NCBI GenBank assembly: GCA_039000165.1
Contig: JAWBTW010000010.1
Span: forward strand, 1-26,172
DNA length: 26,172 bases
Reading direction: 5' to 3'
Origin: Candidatus Aenigmatarchaeota archaeon
GTDB lineage: Archaea > Aenigmatarchaeota > Aenigmatarchaeia > CG10238-14 > SCSR01
How positions within the stretch are numbered: the first letter of the stretch is position 1; every line of letters begins with the position of its first letter. The notes under the pieces were generated by a model. It was not told where the DNA came from and did not search any database. It worked only from the letters and a program-made list of their open reading frames with translations. Below are positions 1 to 9,581 of the stretch, one piece after another. Made by a program: the position numbers and the translations under genes.

Positions 1-1
1 C

Positions 2-115
2 CTTCAAAAAGAGGAAGGAAAAACAGTAGTAATTGTTACTCATGAACCAACAATTGCAAGATATGCTGAAAAAATTATTTATCTTAGTGATGGTAGAATA
101 ATAAGAGGAGGATAA
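2..115 (+). CDS. ABC transporter ATP-binding protein (LolD/MacB-type), 3' fragment
   Basis: Frame 2 reads [37 protein letters not shown], containing the H-loop (VIVTHE) and the LxDG end typical of LolD-like ATPases; upstream of a MacB permease. Confidence 0.9.
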   Translation, partial: LQKEEGKTVVIVTHEPTIARYAEKIIYLSDGRIIRGG

Positions 116-118
116 AAG

Positions 119-1360
119 ATGAAAAAAATTTTTGCGTTAATCTTAATTTTTATCTTTACTTTTCCAGTTTATCTTACAAAAGCTTTAGTTTCAGAACCAA
201 TAATTCAAGCAAGCGTTTCCGTTTTTCCTTCTTATATAGCTCCAGGAAACGAAGGTTATGTTCAGCTTGTTTTAAAAAATTCAGGAAGTGGTGTAGCTAG
301 TGGAATTAAAATTTCACAAGTTTCTTTTGACAAAGCTATAATTCCTTCAGGAAGTTGGGCAGGCGAGCTTAATCCTTTAGGAATTGGTGATTCAGCAGTT
401 TATTTCTTCAAGTTTAGAGTTTCTGAAAATGCATCGCCTGGCTTGTATACTATAACTTTCTACATCGATTACAACACAGATTCTACGACAAAAACAATAA
501 AACAAATTGCTATAGTAAACGTTCAGTCTACTTCTACCATAGAAATTGCTTCTATCGAGCCTTCTACTTTAAAAGCAGGAGAAAAAATTGAGATGAAATT
601 CATTTTAGTAAACAAAGGAAACAACTCGATAAATAACATAATCTTTACTTGGAGCAGTCAAGGAAATGTTATTTTACCCTTAGGTTCGGGAAACAGAATT
701 TTTATCCCAAGGATAGAAGGAAATTCAAACTACGAAATTAAAACAGAGGTTTCTGTAAGTCCAAGTGTTACACCAGGGATTTATCCTTTAAACATTCTGT
801 TCCAATACACAGATAAAACAGGAGTGAATCAAACAGTAAGTTTAGTAGCAGGAATTGAAGTATGCGGTGAAACAGATTTTGACGTTAGTATAGAAGAATT
901 CACTTCAACTTCTTTAACTTTAGCTGTAGCAAATACAGGAGCCTATACTGCTTATTCAGTTATAGTTAGAGTTCCTCCACAAGAAGGCTTAAGAGTAACA
1001 GGAAGCTCTACAAGCATGCTAGGCAATTTAAATGCAGGTGACTACACACTTGCAACTTTTCAAGTTTCTCTTCCAAATTTTACTGCTAATTTTAGTAGAA
1101 ATTTTACAAGGAATATAACTCAACCAAAAGTTTTGGTTGAAATTTCTTACACAGATGCTTTAGGTATAAGAAGGTCTGTTGAAAAAGAAGTAGAAATAAG
1201 TTTTTTTGGAGTTACTGGGACTGCAAGAGTTTTACTTCCAAGAACTCAGCAAGGAATTTTAACTCCTGGAATTATTTATATTGTAGTTGGTGTAGTAGGA
1301 ATAGTTTTGGTTGTAGCCATAGTTAGGTTGAGAAAAAGGATACAAAGGAAGAGGGAATGA
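119..1360 (+). CDS. COG1361-type S-layer domain protein, membrane anchored, ABC exporter associated
   Basis: N-terminal signal peptide, three Ig-like beta repeats (LKNSG / LVNKG / VANTG; PGxY), C-terminal TM helix with basic tail; lies in the ABC operon. Confidence 0.8.
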   Translation: MKKIFALILIFIFTFPVYLTKALVSEPIIQASVSVFPSYIAPGNEGYVQLVLKNSGSGVASGIKISQVSFDKAIIPSGSWAGELNPLGIGDSAVYFFKFRVSENASPGLYTITFYIDYNTDSTTKTIKQIAIVNVQSTSTIEIASIEPSTLKAGEKIEMKFILVNKGNNSINNIIFTWSSQGNVILPLGSGNRIFIPRIEGNSNYEIKTEVSVSPSVTPGIYPLNILFQYTDKTGVNQTVSLVAGIEVCGETDFDVSIEEFTSTSLTLAVANTGAYTAYSVIVRVPPQEGLRVTGSSTSMLGNLNAGDYTLATFQVSLPNFTANFSRNFTRNITQPKVLVEISYTDALGIRRSVEKEVEISFFGVTGTARVLLPRTQQGILTPGIIYIVVGVVGIVLVVAIVRLRKRIQRKRE

Positions 1361-2625
1361 AACTTAGCGATATAATAAAACTTTCGATAAGTAATCTTTC
1401 TCAAAGAGGGTTGAGAAGCTGGTTAACTGTTTTGGGAATAGTTATAGGTGTTGCTGCAGTTATTGCTATTCTTTCAATTGGAGCAGGAATGCAACAAACT
1501 GTATCTTCTCAACTAAGTGGTTTAGGTGCTGACATAATCACAATTTCTCCTGGTTTTGCAAGAGCTTTTACTGTTGCTTTTCAGAGAGTTGGGCAACAAC
1601 CAATAATAGAAAGAGCTCAAGTTTCAACATACTTTACAGAAAAAGATGTACAAGCAATAAAATCAGTAGAAGGAATAGTTGCTGTAAATAAAGTGATTTA
1701 TGGAAGAGCTAACGTTACTTACTTAGCTCAAAGTGCTTCCATTTCAGTTTATGGTGTTGAACCTTTAGCTTGGAAGGAAATATTGCCTGTTGAAATTGAG
1801 GAAGGAAGGTATTTAATGCCTGGAGATAGCGATGCTATAGTTGTTGGTAATAGAGTGGCAAACCAAATGTTCAAAAAACCCTTAGGAATAAACACTCAAC
1901 TAACAATAAACGGAAAGCCTTTTAAAATAGTTGGAATTCTTAAAGAATCAGGAGGAATAGCAGGAATAATAGGAATAGACAACTTAATCTTTATGCCACT
2001 AAGTTCAGCAAGAACAGTTTTAGGTTTTGAGGCAAACAAATATTCTTCACTTCAAGTTAAAGTTAGCGACCCTGCTTTGGTTGATTATGCTGTTAGTGAA
2101 ATAGAAGAAAAACTAATGCTTTCTCGGCATGTGACAGAAGAAACAAAAGATTTTACCATTACTTCAACAAAAACAATACAGGAAACGGTTTTAAACGTAA
2201 TGAATACAATAAACTTGTTTCTTGCAGGGATAGCAGGAGTTTCTTTGTTGGTTGGAGCAATAGGAATAGCCAATACAATGTTCATGAGTGTTGTGGAAAG
2301 AACAAGACAAATTGGAACTTTAAAAGCTATAGGAGCAACTAACTTTGAAGTTATGGAAATATTCTTGTTTGAATCTGCTTTTATTGGTTTGTTAGGTGGT
2401 TTGATAGGAATTTTTCTAGGCTTTATAGCTTCTGGATTAATTTCTGAGTTGGGAATAAGGTTTTTAGCAGTAGGAGCGCGTGCTCAAGCAAGCTTAACAG
2501 TAATAACTCCTGAGCTAATTTTATTTGGTTTAGCTTTTTCAACTTTTATAGGAATCTTAGCTGGAATTCTGCCTGCAAGAAGAGCAGCTCACTTACAACC
2601 TGTAGAAGCTTTAAGGTACGAATGA
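1357..2625 (+). CDS. ABC transporter permease, MacB/FtsX family
   Basis: RSWLTVLGIVIGVAAV, GIANTMFMSVVERTRQIGTLKAIGA and PARRAAHLQPVEALRYE motifs; ATGA overlap with the upstream gene. Confidence 0.95.
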   Translation: MKLSDIIKLSISNLSQRGLRSWLTVLGIVIGVAAVIAILSIGAGMQQTVSSQLSGLGADIITISPGFARAFTVAFQRVGQQPIIERAQVSTYFTEKDVQAIKSVEGIVAVNKVIYGRANVTYLAQSASISVYGVEPLAWKEILPVEIEEGRYLMPGDSDAIVVGNRVANQMFKKPLGINTQLTINGKPFKIVGILKESGGIAGIIGIDNLIFMPLSSARTVLGFEANKYSSLQVKVSDPALVDYAVSEIEEKLMLSRHVTEETKDFTITSTKTIQETVLNVMNTINLFLAGIAGVSLLVGAIGIANTMFMSVVERTRQIGTLKAIGATNFEVMEIFLFESAFIGLLGGLIGIFLGFIASGLISELGIRFLAVGARAQASLTVITPELILFGLAFSTFIGILAGILPARRAAHLQPVEALRYE

Positions 2626-2636
2626 TTAGCAAGAGA

Positions 2637-2710
2637 TGGGTCCGGAGGGATTTGAACCCTCGACCAACGGGTTAAAAGCCCGCTGCTCTACCATGCTGAG
2701 CTACGGACCC
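2637..2710 (-). tRNA. tRNA-Lys(UUU)
   Basis: Reverse complement folds as a cloverleaf: GGGTCCG/CGGACCC acceptor stem, GCGGG-CTTTTAA-CCCGT anticodon arm, TTCAAAT T-loop; no intron, no CCA. Confidence 0.96.
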
Positions 2711-2734
2711 ATATTAAAAATTTTTAATCAGAAA

Positions 2735-2920
2735 TTATTTTTTTCTTTCCCTTCTTAAGTTATGAGTTTGCCAAGCATATTTTCTTATTTTTGAGCTTTT
2801 TCCATAGCCGCAAGCAGCACAAACTTTTGTTTTAACATTATAGCTATGCCTCCCACATCTTCTACATCTTACATGAACTATTTTTCTTCTTTTACCCATG
2901 GAGGGGGTTCCTTTTACCAT
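2735..2920 (-). CDS. rpl37e: 50S ribosomal protein L37e
   Basis: [11 protein letters not shown]...CRRCGRHSY...CAACGYG zinc finger; true start is the ATG at 2920, not the 3088 start of the ORF track. Confidence 0.96.
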   Translation of the reverse strand: MVKGTPSMGKRRKIVHVRCRRCGRHSYNVKTKVCAACGYGKSSKIRKYAWQTHNLRRERKK

Positions 2921-2981
2921 AAAAATCACTAGGCAACTCTTATTATTTATATGGACTTTTCTTAATTTTAATATAGAAAGA

Positions 2982-5288
2982 ATGAGAATAAGAGTATTTA
3001 AATTTGTTTTTCCACTTATAATACTTTTTCTTGCAATTTCGATAGCAAAAGCTCTCGAGTATTCTTCCGCTTCTGTAAATTCTACCATAGCAGGGAAACC
3101 AGCAGAATTTAAAGTTAAATGGTACGATCCTTCAGGTTTATCTGGCTATATTTTTTCTTTAGACAATTGTCAAGGTAGCTTTGTTAATGATAGTTTTGTT
3201 GTTCTTTCCCAAACAAAAACCTTTAACGTTTCTAGTTTAAGTGTAATTTTTGGTAATAACTTAACCTCAGACTTAAGTGCTTTAAACACTCTAGGCGAAG
3301 GTTTAACTTATGACGTAGAAGAAAGCGAAACAAGTAAAGAAGAAAGACAAGAAATTTTAAAGGGGCCTTCTTATTACCTTATCACTTTAAACCCATGGAC
3401 AAACCCTGAAAACGCTTTTTCTTCAGACAATTTATACGCTTACACTTCACAAAGTGGTAGTTTTCAGGATTATGGCTATAACCTTTCAATTCCTCAAGAC
3501 GCAAAAATTATTTCTGTTTTTATTGGTTTCGAGGCTTATGCTTCTGGTAATGAAAGGTTAGAAATTAGTATTTCTTATGACGGTGGAAATACTTATTTAG
3601 GATATACCTTTGATTTACCTTCACAAGACCAGAACCAAACTGTATGGGTAAATTTCACTAACGCTACAGATTGGACTCCAGAAAAACTAAACGATACAAA
3701 TTTCAGAGTAAGGATAAGAAGTGTAAAAGTAGGTGCTATGCAACCAATCTATGTTGACTATCTTCCTATAAATATAACTTACTCTCTTCCACCAAAGTAT
3801 CAGCTAGAAGTTTGGCATGACTCTTTACCAATAAGCTATGAAGGAATTTTAACTTCTATTTCCATAATTTTAAACTTTACTTCCACAGAAACAAAATACT
3901 ATGATTTTGAGGCTTATAATTGGGTTTCAAGTTCATGGGTTAAAGAAGGTTGTGATTCTGGTTTAGTGTTTGCAAATTCGTCAACGATTTGGTATTGTAA
4001 TTTTTCTTCTAATGCTATGAACTTTATTTCTCCTTCAGGTGGAATAAGAGTAAGGTTAAAATCTGAAGAAAGTGAGGAAAAAGCTGTTTTAAAAGAAGAT
4101 TATCTTAAATTCTCTATTATTTTTGCTCCTACAGAATCTTGGAGCACTACCACAAAAACCTTAAGCTCTACAGTAGGTTGTAAAGTTAGATGGTTAGTTT
4201 ATGCGAACAATACTTTAAATGAATGGAGTGAAACCGAAATTTTCGAGTTTTTAACGGCTCAGGAAGCTTTTTGTGGAAATAACGTATGTGATTCAGGAGA
4301 AACTTGTTCTAATTGTTTGCAAGATTGTCCTTGTCCAGGCTCACCAGGATGTTGTGGAAATTCTTGCGGTTGTGAAGAAGGACAAGTTTGTGAGAATAAT
4401 GTTTGTGTAGCTTCAGCTCCTCAACCTCCTCCAACAGCTTTACCACCTTCAATTCCTGTATGCAACCCAAAAACTGATTTGAATTGTTGCATTCAAACCT
4501 ATCCTCAAGGATGTTGCGATTGCCCAAGTTTTGGTTACGTTAACTGTAGCATTTTACCCTTTAATCAAACTTTTGAGGATTGTAAAGAGTTGTGTATGAA
4601 TTTATGCCCAGGAGGATGTTCTGTTTTCTCTAATTCTTCTTCATGTTTAAACGCTGGTTGTTACTGGTGCGACGGAATTTGCCAGCAATTTGCTTGTGTA
4701 AGAGATTGTTCTGTTTTTCTTAGTCCCTCCTTATGTTTAAACGCTGGGTGTGAATGGTGTGATTCAAAATGCAAAGAGCTTTGCTTGCTTAACTGGAGTT
4801 TCGTCCTTCCTTTGAGGATAGAAACTTTTGTTGATTATGAAGTTGAAGTAACAATAAAAATCAAAAACGAAGGAGAAAAAAGTTTTAACAACGTAAAAAT
4901 TCAATTAGTAAATATCTCACCTGATTTTGAGTACAAAATCTTACCAGAGTTTTACCCAAAAATTTTACCAGGAGAAACAAAAAGTTTTGTTTTAAACATC
5001 AAACCTAAAAAAGTTGGAAGTTATATAATAATTATAAATGTAAGCTCAGATGAGGCTTTTCACTTAGCTTACGTTGGTCTATCTTCTCAACAAGCTCCAG
5101 CTAAAAAGGAGCTTATAACTATGACTGCTTTGCTTTGGTTAGCAGTTGCTGTAATAATTGTTTTTGTCATAGTTTCTTATAAGTTGTACGTTAGAGAAAA
5201 AATTAAAGTTGAAGAAAAGATTCCAATCAAAAAAGTCGAAAAAGTGAAGAAAGTTAAAAAAATTAAGAAAAAATACAAGAAAAGATAG
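2982..5288 (+). CDS. Large secreted, membrane-anchored surface protein with Cys-rich region and C-terminal Ig/CARDB-like domain
   Basis: Signal peptide from MRIRVFKF (ATG 2982; the 2898 start would overlap rpl37e), many N-x-S/T sequons, Cys-rich segment, Pro-rich linker, KNEGE..ILPGE Ig-like motif, TM helix and Lys-rich tail. Confidence 0.8.
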   Translation: MRIRVFKFVFPLIILFLAISIAKALEYSSASVNSTIAGKPAEFKVKWYDPSGLSGYIFSLDNCQGSFVNDSFVVLSQTKTFNVSSLSVIFGNNLTSDLSALNTLGEGLTYDVEESETSKEERQEILKGPSYYLITLNPWTNPENAFSSDNLYAYTSQSGSFQDYGYNLSIPQDAKIISVFIGFEAYASGNERLEISISYDGGNTYLGYTFDLPSQDQNQTVWVNFTNATDWTPEKLNDTNFRVRIRSVKVGAMQPIYVDYLPINITYSLPPKYQLEVWHDSLPISYEGILTSISIILNFTSTETKYYDFEAYNWVSSSWVKEGCDSGLVFANSSTIWYCNFSSNAMNFISPSGGIRVRLKSEESEEKAVLKEDYLKFSIIFAPTESWSTTTKTLSSTVGCKVRWLVYANNTLNEWSETEIFEFLTAQEAFCGNNVCDSGETCSNCLQDCPCPGSPGCCGNSCGCEEGQVCENNVCVASAPQPPPTALPPSIPVCNPKTDLNCCIQTYPQGCCDCPSFGYVNCSILPFNQTFEDCKELCMNLCPGGCSVFSNSSSCLNAGCYWCDGICQQFACVRDCSVFLSPSLCLNAGCEWCDSKCKELCLLNWSFVLPLRIETFVDYEVEVTIKIKNEGEKSFNNVKIQLVNISPDFEYKILPEFYPKILPGETKSFVLNIKPKKVGSYIIIINVSSDEAFHLAYVGLSSQQAPAKKELITMTALLWLAVAVIIVFVIVSYKLYVREKIKVEEKIPIKKVEKVKKVKKIKKKYKKR
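4617..4772 (+). repeat. Two-copy intragenic Cys repeat, 90-bp period
   Basis: [22 protein letters not shown] (4617-4682) and [22 protein letters not shown] (4707-4772); DNA similarity visible (tgttctgtttt...atgtttaaacgctgg). Confidence 0.85.
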
Positions 5289-5290
5289 TT

Positions 5291-5515
5291 TTAAACTTGT
5301 ACAGGAGAAGCATAAACTATTGTATCCCCTCTAACTAATATTGTGCCAAGTTTAATCTTGTTATCGTTTCTCTGAATCTCTGCTTCTTCCAACCAAAGGT
5401 TTAAATGTAAATCTAGAGCTTTCAATATTCCTGTAATTTCCTCACCATTTTTCAACTTAACGAAAACTTTCTTTCCTTTTGCTTTATCTAAAGCATCTAT
5501 CGGTCTTTCTGCCAT
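5291..5515 (-). CDS. lsm: Sm-like (Lsm/SmAP) RNA-binding protein
   Basis: RPIDAL, Sm1 (GILKALDLHLNLWL) and Sm2 (ILVRGDTIV) motifs, 74 aa. Confidence 0.95.
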   Translation of the reverse strand: MAERPIDALDKAKGKKVFVKLKNGEEITGILKALDLHLNLWLEEAEIQRNDNKIKLGTILVRGDTIVYASPVQV

Positions 5516-5575
5516 TTCTTTTCACTATTTAATTCAATAAGAAAATATATAAACATTAATTATATTAAAGTTATT

Positions 5576-7078
5576 GTGAAAAAACTTAAAATTACTCAAT
5601 CCATTTGTCCAGAAAATCCTTTTGAGAAGTTATCTGCAGAGCTTTTCGTCGATGATTTTAACAGAGTGATGATAAGAAAAAATTGTTTAAATCATGGAAG
5701 TTTTGAGGATGTTTATTGGTCAGATTTTGCTCAGTTTGAAAGAGCTGAAAGGTTTAGAGATTTGGGAGATGGTGTAGCTTTACCAAGGAAAATTGAGAAA
5801 GGTTGTCCTTATGATTGTGGTTTGTGCGAGAATCATAGATCAAGAACAACTTTACTGATAATTGATGTTACTAATAGATGCAACTTAACTTGTCCTGTAT
5901 GTTTTGCTTATGCTGGAGCAAAGGGTTATGTTTACGAACCGAGCAAAGAACAAATAGAAAAAATTTTGGAATATGCGCAAGAAGTAAACTATCCAGTAAA
6001 GGTTAGAGCACTTCAGTTTAGCGGAGGCGAACCAACAGTAAGGGAAGATTTACCTGAGTTAATAAAATTAGCAAAACAAAAAGGTTATAAGCATGTTGAA
6101 GTCAACACTAATGGAATTGTGATAGCAAAGAAAGGAGCAGCATACATAAAAGAACTTAAAAAAGCTGGCATGAGCACTTTTTACTTGCAATTTGACGGTT
6201 TAAAACCTGAAATATACGAGAAAACAAGAGGTCTCAACTTGCTTCCCATAAAACAAAAAGTTATAGAAAGTGCAAGGGAAGCAGGTTTAGATAGTATAGT
6301 TTTAGTTATGACTTTAGTGGGTGGAGTAAATGAAGATCAACTTGGAGAAATTATAAGATATGGAGCAAAGAATTCTGACGTTGTGAGATGTATAAACGTT
6401 CAACCTGTTAGCATTACAGGTAGAATAGAAAAAAGTGAAAGAGAAAGAATGAGGATAACTCTTTCTGATTTCACTAGGCTATGCGAAGAGCAAACTTATG
6501 GACAAGTTAAGAGGGAAGATTTCTATCCTGTGCCTACAATAAACATCCTTGGAAAAATTTTGAACTATTATTTAAAGGGAGGAGAAAGGTATTATCCAGA
6601 GTTTACTGCTCATCCTCATTGTGGCTTAGCAACTTTTGTTTTCACAAAAGGAGAAAAGGTAATTCCCATAACCCATTACATAGATATAGACAAGCTTTAT
6701 TCTGAATTAAAAGAAAACCTTGAAAAAATAGAGAGAACAGAAGAAATTCCAAGTAAACTTAAACTCTTCTATACTTTTCTTAAAAACGCGAAAATAAAAT
6801 TCTTGTCAAAATTACCAAAGCTTTATCCTTTGTTAAGAAGTGGAAGCTATGAAGCTTCTGGGAAATTTATGAGAAGCTTGCTAATGATAGGAGGAATGCA
6901 CTTCATGGATCCTTACAACTTTGATTTAGAAAGAGTTCAAAGCTGTTGTATTCATTATGGTGTGCCTGATAAAAAGGAAAAAGCTAGATTAGTACCTTTT
7001 TGCACTATGAATTCTATTCACAGAGAGGCTATAGAGAAAGAGTTTTCAATACCTTTAGAGAAATATAAAACAATATAA
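5576..7078 (+). CDS. tes: Radical SAM enzyme of the tetraether synthase (Tes / GDGT-MAS, MJ0619) family
   Basis: CPYDCGLCENH auxiliary-cluster motif, CNLTCPVC radical SAM motif, SGGEPT, NTNG, YLQFDG, HPHCG, MHFMDPYNFD..RV..CCIHY and PFC. Confidence 0.88.
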   Translation: MKKLKITQSICPENPFEKLSAELFVDDFNRVMIRKNCLNHGSFEDVYWSDFAQFERAERFRDLGDGVALPRKIEKGCPYDCGLCENHRSRTTLLIIDVTNRCNLTCPVCFAYAGAKGYVYEPSKEQIEKILEYAQEVNYPVKVRALQFSGGEPTVREDLPELIKLAKQKGYKHVEVNTNGIVIAKKGAAYIKELKKAGMSTFYLQFDGLKPEIYEKTRGLNLLPIKQKVIESAREAGLDSIVLVMTLVGGVNEDQLGEIIRYGAKNSDVVRCINVQPVSITGRIEKSERERMRITLSDFTRLCEEQTYGQVKREDFYPVPTINILGKILNYYLKGGERYYPEFTAHPHCGLATFVFTKGEKVIPITHYIDIDKLYSELKENLEKIERTEEIPSKLKLFYTFLKNAKIKFLSKLPKLYPLLRSGSYEASGKFMRSLLMIGGMHFMDPYNFDLERVQSCCIHYGVPDKKEKARLVPFCTMNSIHREAIEKEFSIPLEKYKTI

Positions 7079-7110
7079 GTTTATTTGACAAAAGGATTTA
7101 AGTGGTATTT

Positions 7111-7497
7111 ATGGCACTTTGGCATGGAGAAAGAGGAAGAAAACCTACAGGAGGGCTAATTAAAGTAGCTAGAAAAAAGAAGAAGTATGAGCTTGGAAGC
7201 TTACCTACTTTTACAAAAGTAGGAAAAGAAAAAAGGAAAAAAGAAAGAGTGAGGGGAGGGGGAATAAAAATAAGAGCTTTTTCTGTAGAATTTGCTAATG
7301 TTTTTGACCCTAAAACAAAAACTGCGAAAAAGGTTAAGATTTTAGACGTTCTGGAAAATAAGGCAAACCCGCACTTTGTAAGAAGAGGTATAATCACTAA
7401 GGGTTGTATAATTAAAACTGAAATAGGAAAAGCAAAAGTTACTTCTCGGCCAAGTCAAGATGGAATAGTTAATGCTATACTGCTGGAAGAAGGATAA
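7111..7497 (+). CDS. rps8e: 30S ribosomal protein S8e
   Basis: RKPTGG, KKYELG, RVRGG, RRGIITKG and VTSRPSQDGIVNA motifs; ATG 7111 preferred as start. Confidence 0.97.
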   Translation: MALWHGERGRKPTGGLIKVARKKKKYELGSLPTFTKVGKEKRKKERVRGGGIKIRAFSVEFANVFDPKTKTAKKVKILDVLENKANPHFVRRGIITKGCIIKTEIGKAKVTSRPSQDGIVNAILLEEG

Positions 7498-7528
7498 TTA
7501 TTTATTTGTTTGAAATTTAATCTTAATT

Positions 7529-8107
7529 ATGCCTTTTGGTCTTATTGAAAGATTAAGGAGGAAAGATAGTTCGGAAGAGTTTTCTAAGATTGAGAAAACT
7601 GAATATAAGTCAATACTTAATAATTTGTTAAATGAATTATATACTACAGTAAAAAATTGGAAAAAAGAAATAAGTGAAAGGGGCTACATTCCTTCTCAAC
7701 AAGAAAAAATATACTTGCAAGATTTAATGACAACTACCCGTAAAGCTTCTCGAGTTGCTTTTAATCTAGGCGATCAAAAACTTCAAGATTTGCTATTAAG
7801 CCTTTATGTGAATCTTAAAAAATTACCTTCTGCTAAGCATGTTGAGACTGTAAAAGAGATAGAAAAAGCTGTTGAAAAAATAATGGAACATTACAGGAAA
7901 AAACATAAAATAGAAGAAGAAAAACTAAAGAGCGAGATTCCGGGAATTTTTGTAGTTTTACTCATTTCTTTTCTTTTGTTCTTATTTGTTTCTTACGGAA
8001 GTTTTTCCTCAGGATATTTTGTTAAACCTTCTGATTTAATCTCAATTTCTTTGGTTTTTTCTTTTCTTCTTGCTTTTTCCGTGATTTTACTCTTAAGAAA
8101 TTTATGA
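7529..8107 (+). CDS. Hypothetical protein with helical soluble domain and two C-terminal TM helices
   Basis: 192-aa ORF filling the gap; hydrophobic C-terminal hairpin; no recognised motif. Confidence 0.7.
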   Translation: MPFGLIERLRRKDSSEEFSKIEKTEYKSILNNLLNELYTTVKNWKKEISERGYIPSQQEKIYLQDLMTTTRKASRVAFNLGDQKLQDLLLSLYVNLKKLPSAKHVETVKEIEKAVEKIMEHYRKKHKIEEEKLKSEIPGIFVVLLISFLLFLFVSYGSFSSGYFVKPSDLISISLVFSFLLAFSVILLLRNL

Positions 8108-8118
8108 ATTTTTTTAGA

Positions 8119-8134
8119 TGTTAGACGTCTAACA
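8119..8134. promoter_or_regulatory. Perfect 16-bp palindrome TGTTAGACGTCTAACA, copy 1, upstream of tatD
   Basis: Exact self-complementary 16-mer in an intergenic gap; identical copy at 20496-20511; regulatory role inferred. Confidence 0.6.
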
Positions 8135-8170
8135 AAAGAAATAAATTACCTCTTCTCTATTTTTATTTAA

Positions 8171-8920
8171 ATGATTGATGTTCATTGCCATCTTGAACAA
8201 GAAGATTTCTCGCAAGATAGAGATAAAGTTATAGAAGAGTGTAAAAAAGAGTTGAAAGCAATAATAACTTGTTGTGCCCATCCAAAAGATTTTGACTTAA
8301 CCTTAAGTTTAGTTGAAAAATACAAAGGTTTTGTTTTTGCTTGTGTAGGGATTCATCCTGAGTACATAAAAGAAATTTCTGAAGAAGAAAAAAATAATTT
8401 TATTGAAAAGATTAAAGCAAATAAAGATAAAATTGTTGGTATCGGAGAAACAGGCCTAGATTTTTTCTGGATTAAAGAAGAAAATTTCCAAGAAAAACAA
8501 AAAGCTCTTTTTGTTGAGTTAATAAATCTTGCAAAAGAATTAAACTTGCCTTTAATAATTCATTCAAGAGAGGCTTATGAAGAAGCAGTAAAAATTCTTG
8601 AGAAAGAAGATGCAAAAAAAGTTTTACTCCATATGTTCGGTGAAAATCATTTGGCTAAAAGAATAGTTGAGAATGGATGGTTTGTTTCTATGAATACTAT
8701 TGTTCTTAAAAGCAAGAAACATAAGAAAGTTGTTAGAGATGTACCTTTAGAAAGAATAATGCTCGAAACAGATTCACCATGGCTTGGTTTTGGAAAAAGA
8801 AACACTCCTTTGAGCGTGAAAATCGTTGCAGAAAAAATAGCAGAAATTAAGAAAGCTAGTCTTGAAGAAGTGAAGAAAATAACTACAGAAAATTCGATAA
8901 AATTTTTCAATTTGTTTTAA
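8171..8920 (+). CDS. tatD: TatD family deoxyribonuclease
   Basis: DVHCH, GIHP, IGETGLD, IHSR and ETDSPW motifs. Confidence 0.95.
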   Translation: MIDVHCHLEQEDFSQDRDKVIEECKKELKAIITCCAHPKDFDLTLSLVEKYKGFVFACVGIHPEYIKEISEEEKNNFIEKIKANKDKIVGIGETGLDFFWIKEENFQEKQKALFVELINLAKELNLPLIIHSREAYEEAVKILEKEDAKKVLLHMFGENHLAKRIVENGWFVSMNTIVLKSKKHKKVVRDVPLERIMLETDSPWLGFGKRNTPLSVKIVAEKIAEIKKASLEEVKKITTENSIKFFNLF

Positions 8921-9528
8921 GCGATTAAAAAATTTTCTATTCCAACAATAGTTAAAGTTTTTGGCACAAAAGTAAAACCTTTCAAATCTTTATACCTTCC
9001 GTACCATTCTATTGCTGCATTGTAAACTTCAACACTTCTTTCAGAAATTTGATTAATGTATGGCCTAAGAGAGCCTAAACTTTCTTCAAACTTTTCACAA
9101 AATTTTCTGTAAGGAAAACTGTTTTTGTAAGCATATTCTTTCAAATTGCTTTTCATAGTATCAAAATTATGAATATAAAACACAACTCTTCTTCCATTAA
9201 TTCGCTTATAATTTAAAATTCCCAAATCTTTTAAGTCCTCTATTCCTTTTGGCCCTTTACCTGCTCCGCATATATCATATATTTCCTTAACTCCATAGAC
9301 ATTATAAACTATAGGAATTAACTCTCTTGCAGAAAAAGTTAATCTAAACTTTTGGTTTAGAAGAAATTCTCTTAGTTTATAACCACAAGTGTAACCTACT
9401 ATTACCTCTTCTTTACTCTGAGCAAAAAAAGGATTACCAGGTTTAAACAAGTGGTAAATTCTTATTCCTTCTCCTGGAAAATTCCTTTTTAAATCATTGT
9501 TTATCTTTCTCTCGCTAAGGAACTCCAC
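8917..9528 (-). CDS. Hypothetical protein, possible winged-helix segment
   Basis: 203-aa ORF with 4-nt convergent stop overlap with tatD; the segment IEDLKDLGILNYKRINGRRVVFYI resembles a wHTH recognition helix plus wing. Confidence 0.6.
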   Translation of the reverse strand: MEFLSERKINNDLKRNFPGEGIRIYHLFKPGNPFFAQSKEEVIVGYTCGYKLREFLLNQKFRLTFSARELIPIVYNVYGVKEIYDICGAGKGPKGIEDLKDLGILNYKRINGRRVVFYIHNFDTMKSNLKEYAYKNSFPYRKFCEKFEESLGSLRPYINQISERSVEVYNAAIEWYGRYKDLKGFTFVPKTLTIVGIENFLIA

Positions 9529-9581
9529 ATTTAAGGTTAATCAGGTAATCTTTATAAATTTTTAACCTAAACTTTAAACCT

